Of a stretch of 64,000 bases of DNA, positions 61,136 to 64,000 are shown one piece after another. The notes under the pieces were generated by a model. It made no database searches and had not been told where the DNA came from. It worked only from the letters and a program-made list of their open reading frames with translations. Every line of letters begins with the position of its first letter. Position 1 is the stretch's first letter. The stretch covers positions 2,304,001 through 2,368,000 of the forward strand of contig JAKFCY010000002.1 of NCBI GenBank assembly GCA_036676395.1, read 5' to 3'. The DNA is from Bdellovibrio sp. (GTDB lineage Bacteria; Bdellovibrionota; Bdellovibrionia; Bdellovibrionales; Bdellovibrionaceae). A program made the translations under genes and the position numbers.

Positions 61136-62169
61136 GACTTCTTCCTTCTATGATTTAAATAAACGGCTCCGGCAACACAGAAAATAATAATGGCTTGCAA
61201 CACTTTAGAAAAATCGCGGGTCAAAAATTGTGTTTCTAAATCAAGGTCAGAAGCCCCTTTATGAAGAACAGCCATAATAAAACTAGAAAATAAAATGCCG
61301 ATGGGATGCCCTTGGGCTAATAGCGCAACGACGATTCCTAAAAACCCATAGGCCGGAGAAAAGCCGACTTTGTATTGAAAAGTACTGCCTAACACTTCGG
61401 TTAAACCTACAAGGCTTGAAAAAAAGCCGGCAATTCCCAGAGCTAAAAAATTTACTTTTTTAGCCGAGATACCCATGCGTTCTGCAGCTGTTGGATTTTC
61501 GCCGAAAGCTTTGATTTCTAAGCCCCATTTAGTTTTAGTTTCAAAAAACCAAACCGCTAAACAACTGATTACTGCCACAATTAAAAAACTACTCACGGCT
61601 GAGTTTTCAAAAAATACTTTTAGGCTATCGCTTTTTGCAATTTGAAAGGCTGGTTTAATTAAAGAACTTTCAGGGTTTTGTGATTCAGTGTTTTGGTAGT
61701 TTTGCAAAACCACATACGTTGCAATCGCTGCAAAAACAAAATTAAGCATGATGGCCACGACAACTTCATGGCCTTGTTTATACACTTTAAAAAATGCAAT
61801 CGCCTGTGCGCTCAGAACCCCCAGCACCATGGTGGCTAAAAAAATTAAAATAATACCGAAAGTGCCAATTGATTCAGGTAAGATAATTCCCATTACGGCA
61901 GCCATCATTGCAGATAGAACAATCTGCCCTTCAGCACCGATATGAAATAAGCCGGCTTTAAATGGAATTGAAAATGCTAAGCCTGCAAAAGCAAAACAAG
62001 TTGTGTAGAACATCGTTAAACCCATGTCGAATTTACTTTGTAAAAAGCTTCCGCTTAAGACTTTAAGTACATCACCTGGGTTTTCTTTAAATAACAAAAC
62101 TAGAATACTGCTGATCGCAACACCAACAAAAAAGCCGATCAAACTAGAAAAATCGATACGTTTCATCAT
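61132..62169 (-). CDS. Nucleoside/simple-sugar ABC permease 1
   Basis: GLFHIGAEGQ, HEVVVAIMLN, YGFLGIVVALL. Confidence 0.92.
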   Translation of the reverse strand: MMKRIDFSSLIGFFVGVAISSILVLLFKENPGDVLKVLSGSFLQSKFDMGLTMFYTTCFAFAGLAFSIPFKAGLFHIGAEGQIVLSAMMAAVMGIILPESIGTFGIILIFLATMVLGVLSAQAIAFFKVYKQGHEVVVAIMLNFVFAAIATYVVLQNYQNTESQNPESSLIKPAFQIAKSDSLKVFFENSAVSSFLIVAVISCLAVWFFETKTKWGLEIKAFGENPTAAERMGISAKKVNFLALGIAGFFSSLVGLTEVLGSTFQYKVGFSPAYGFLGIVVALLAQGHPIGILFSSFIMAVLHKGASDLDLETQFLTRDFSKVLQAIIIFCVAGAVYLNHRRKKS

Positions 62170-63560
62170 AGATCAACACCATTCATAATCTGACTGATTT
62201 GGCTGCTGTTTAAAGAGCCTTTTAAGTACGGGCCCTTGATAGCCCCTTTAAATAAAATCACGAACCGATCTGATAACTTTAGCACTTCATCTAAGTCTGA
62301 AGATAATAACACTACGGCGCGATGGTTTTTCTTTTGATCTAACAGGGCTTGGTGAATTTTTTCTTGGGCACCAATATCGACTCCGCGCGAAGGGTGCGCA
62401 GCTAAGATCACATCGGGATTATGCCAAAGTTCACGACCGATTACGAATTTCTGCTGGTTACCACCAGAAAAAGAACCCATAATCATATCGCTTTCAGCCG
62501 GGCGTACGTCCCATTCAGAAATGATTTTCTCGACCTCACGGCGAACCAAAGTTTTTTTAACTAAACCCAAACGCGTGAAAGTCTCGCGGTGGCGAATTAA
62601 AAAGTTTTCGATCAGATTTTGTTTCGGATAAATACTGTAGCGGTAACGATCTTCAGAAATATCACCAAACTTTAACTTTAATAAACCGATATTCTGACGT
62701 AATTTAAAAACAAAGTCTTCTTGGCCGTTGCCATCAACGCCAGCCACACCCAGGATTTCGTTATTGTTCAGTTTTAAGCCGATTAAGTTTAAATCATAGC
62801 TAGCACCAGTCGCACCCGATGCCGCTTGCACTAAAGCCTGCTGTTTACGACCGATCATTTTTTCGGCCATTTGCTCGATGGTAAAATTAGCACCGCTATC
62901 CGAGGCGATCAGTTGACCACGACAAAGAATAGTCACATGATCTGCGACTTTTTTAATTTCGTTTAATTTATGTGAAATTAAAATCAAGGTATGACCTTGT
63001 TTTTTTAGATCTAACATAAAATCTAAAAAATCTTCGATCTCATCTGGGCTTAGCACCGCCGTGGGTTCATCAAAGATAATAATCTCAGGCTCTAAGATCA
63101 ATACACGTAAAATTTCTAAGCGCTGCTGCTCGCCAATACTATAGGCTTTGATTTTTTTATCTAGTGGCAGGCTCCATTTAAACTTCGCTTGTTTTTCTCT
63201 GACCAAGTCTACTAAGCGCTTACGCTCGATATTTTGGGTGCGCGCGACAAGCTCTAGATGATCCCATCCGGTTAACTCATCAGCCAATTGAAAGTGCTGA
63301 TGCACAAAACCGATTTTTTCGCGAAATGAATCTTGCGCAGATTGGGGCTCATATACTTTACCACGCAAGACCATCGCTCCTGATGAAGGCGGCACAATGC
63401 CCGTTAACACTTTCATTAGCGTAGATTTACCCGCGCCGTTTTCGCCGATCACCGCGTGAATTTGATTTTTTAAAATAGAAAAATAAACTTGATCTAAGGA
63501 AACACAGCTTCCGTAGTTTTTTGAAATATTATTAAATTCGATCAGGTTCAATTCAGACAC
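62166..63560 (-). CDS. Nucleoside/simple-sugar ABC ATPase (two NBDs)
   Basis: GENGAGKST, DEPTAVL, GVDGNGQ, SGGNQQK. Confidence 0.92.
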   Translation of the reverse strand: MSELNLIEFNNISKNYGSCVSLDQVYFSILKNQIHAVIGENGAGKSTLMKVLTGIVPPSSGAMVLRGKVYEPQSAQDSFREKIGFVHQHFQLADELTGWDHLELVARTQNIERKRLVDLVREKQAKFKWSLPLDKKIKAYSIGEQQRLEILRVLILEPEIIIFDEPTAVLSPDEIEDFLDFMLDLKKQGHTLILISHKLNEIKKVADHVTILCRGQLIASDSGANFTIEQMAEKMIGRKQQALVQAASGATGASYDLNLIGLKLNNNEILGVAGVDGNGQEDFVFKLRQNIGLLKLKFGDISEDRYRYSIYPKQNLIENFLIRHRETFTRLGLVKKTLVRREVEKIISEWDVRPAESDMIMGSFSGGNQQKFVIGRELWHNPDVILAAHPSRGVDIGAQEKIHQALLDQKKNHRAVVLLSSDLDEVLKLSDRFVILFKGAIKGPYLKGSLNSSQISQIMNGVDL

Positions 63561-63565
63561 GAAAA

Positions 63566-64000
63566 CTATTTAGTCTTGTAGTAGTCTGGAACTGTAACTT
63601 TTCCAGTTACGATTGATTTTTTAACTTGAGCTAATTTTTCGATTTCAGCTGCAGACCACAGTGATTTATTGTGTTCATCTAAAGCCCAGTCAATACCACC
63701 ATCTTTTAAACCAAAACGATTGATGCCCGCTTGAAATGATCCGCCTTTAACTGATTTGATCGTTTCAAATACAGCCACATCAACTTTTTTCAACATTGAT
63801 GTTAATACGACTCCAGGTTTCACCCAGTTTTGATTTGAATCTACACCAATTGCAAAAATCTTTTTATCAGCAGCAGCATCAAATAATCCTGAACCTGAAG
63901 CGCCGGCTGCGTGAAAGATCACATCTGCTTTTTGTGATACTTGTGATAACGCAATTTCTTTAGCTTTAGCTGGGTTATTCCAGGCTTCGCCAGTTACACC
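63566..64000 (-). CDS. BMP family ABC substrate-binding protein (5' part outside window)
   Basis: Frame open to the window edge: WNNPAKAKE..ADVIFHAAGASG, AIGVDSNQ, TSMLKKVD. Confidence 0.93.
   Translation of the reverse strand, partial: GVTGEAWNNPAKAKEIALSQVSQKADVIFHAAGASGSGLFDAAADKKIFAIGVDSNQNWVKPGVVLTSMLKKVDVAVFETIKSVKGGSFQAGINRFGLKDGGIDWALDEHNKSLWSAAEIEKLAQVKKSIVTGKVTVPDYYKTK

Noticed and set aside
62166..63560. Shortened second NBD of the ABC ATPase as pseudogene
   Set aside because: Frame intact and signature motifs retained; the second NBD is normally degenerate in this family

Overview
Core-chromosome segment of an AT-rich Bdellovibrionota bacterium (Bdellovibrio/Pseudobdellovibrio-like). 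The assignment is inferred from gene content: short sheath-type flagellin, split nuo locus, GYF-PilZ protein and a CdgA-like degenerate GGDEF. Positions 1-15.4 kb are almost all minus strand: the thrU-tyrU-glyT-thrT-tuf locus, thpR, rlmB, pyrF, proS, ntrYX, ribE/B/H and clpB. Next come mpg, fliC, a histone-H1-like/acidic protein, two receiver+kinase cassettes, a sigma54 activator, a Xer-type recombinase, recO and nuoB-CD-E-F-G-I. The rest holds a GYF-PilZ/vWA pair, phnDCE-gdx, HAD-rsmI-hrpB, a 10-gene operon (pseudokinase-cdgA-like-alr-mlaEFD-GYF/TPR-lipoprotein-yhaM-cysE), nadB and a BMP nucleoside ABC transporter. I found no mobile element, CRISPR array or defence island. Best second-look items: a sigma28 regulon visible in the DNA, a GGA-hairpin-rich flagellin leader, a charge-bipolar H1-like protein, a sigma28-driven PilZ+MIDAS-adhesin operon, the operon joining catalytically dead signalling proteins to a trans-envelope MlaD, and recurrent leaderless-type promoters. 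All calls come from reading motifs by eye; no searches were run.
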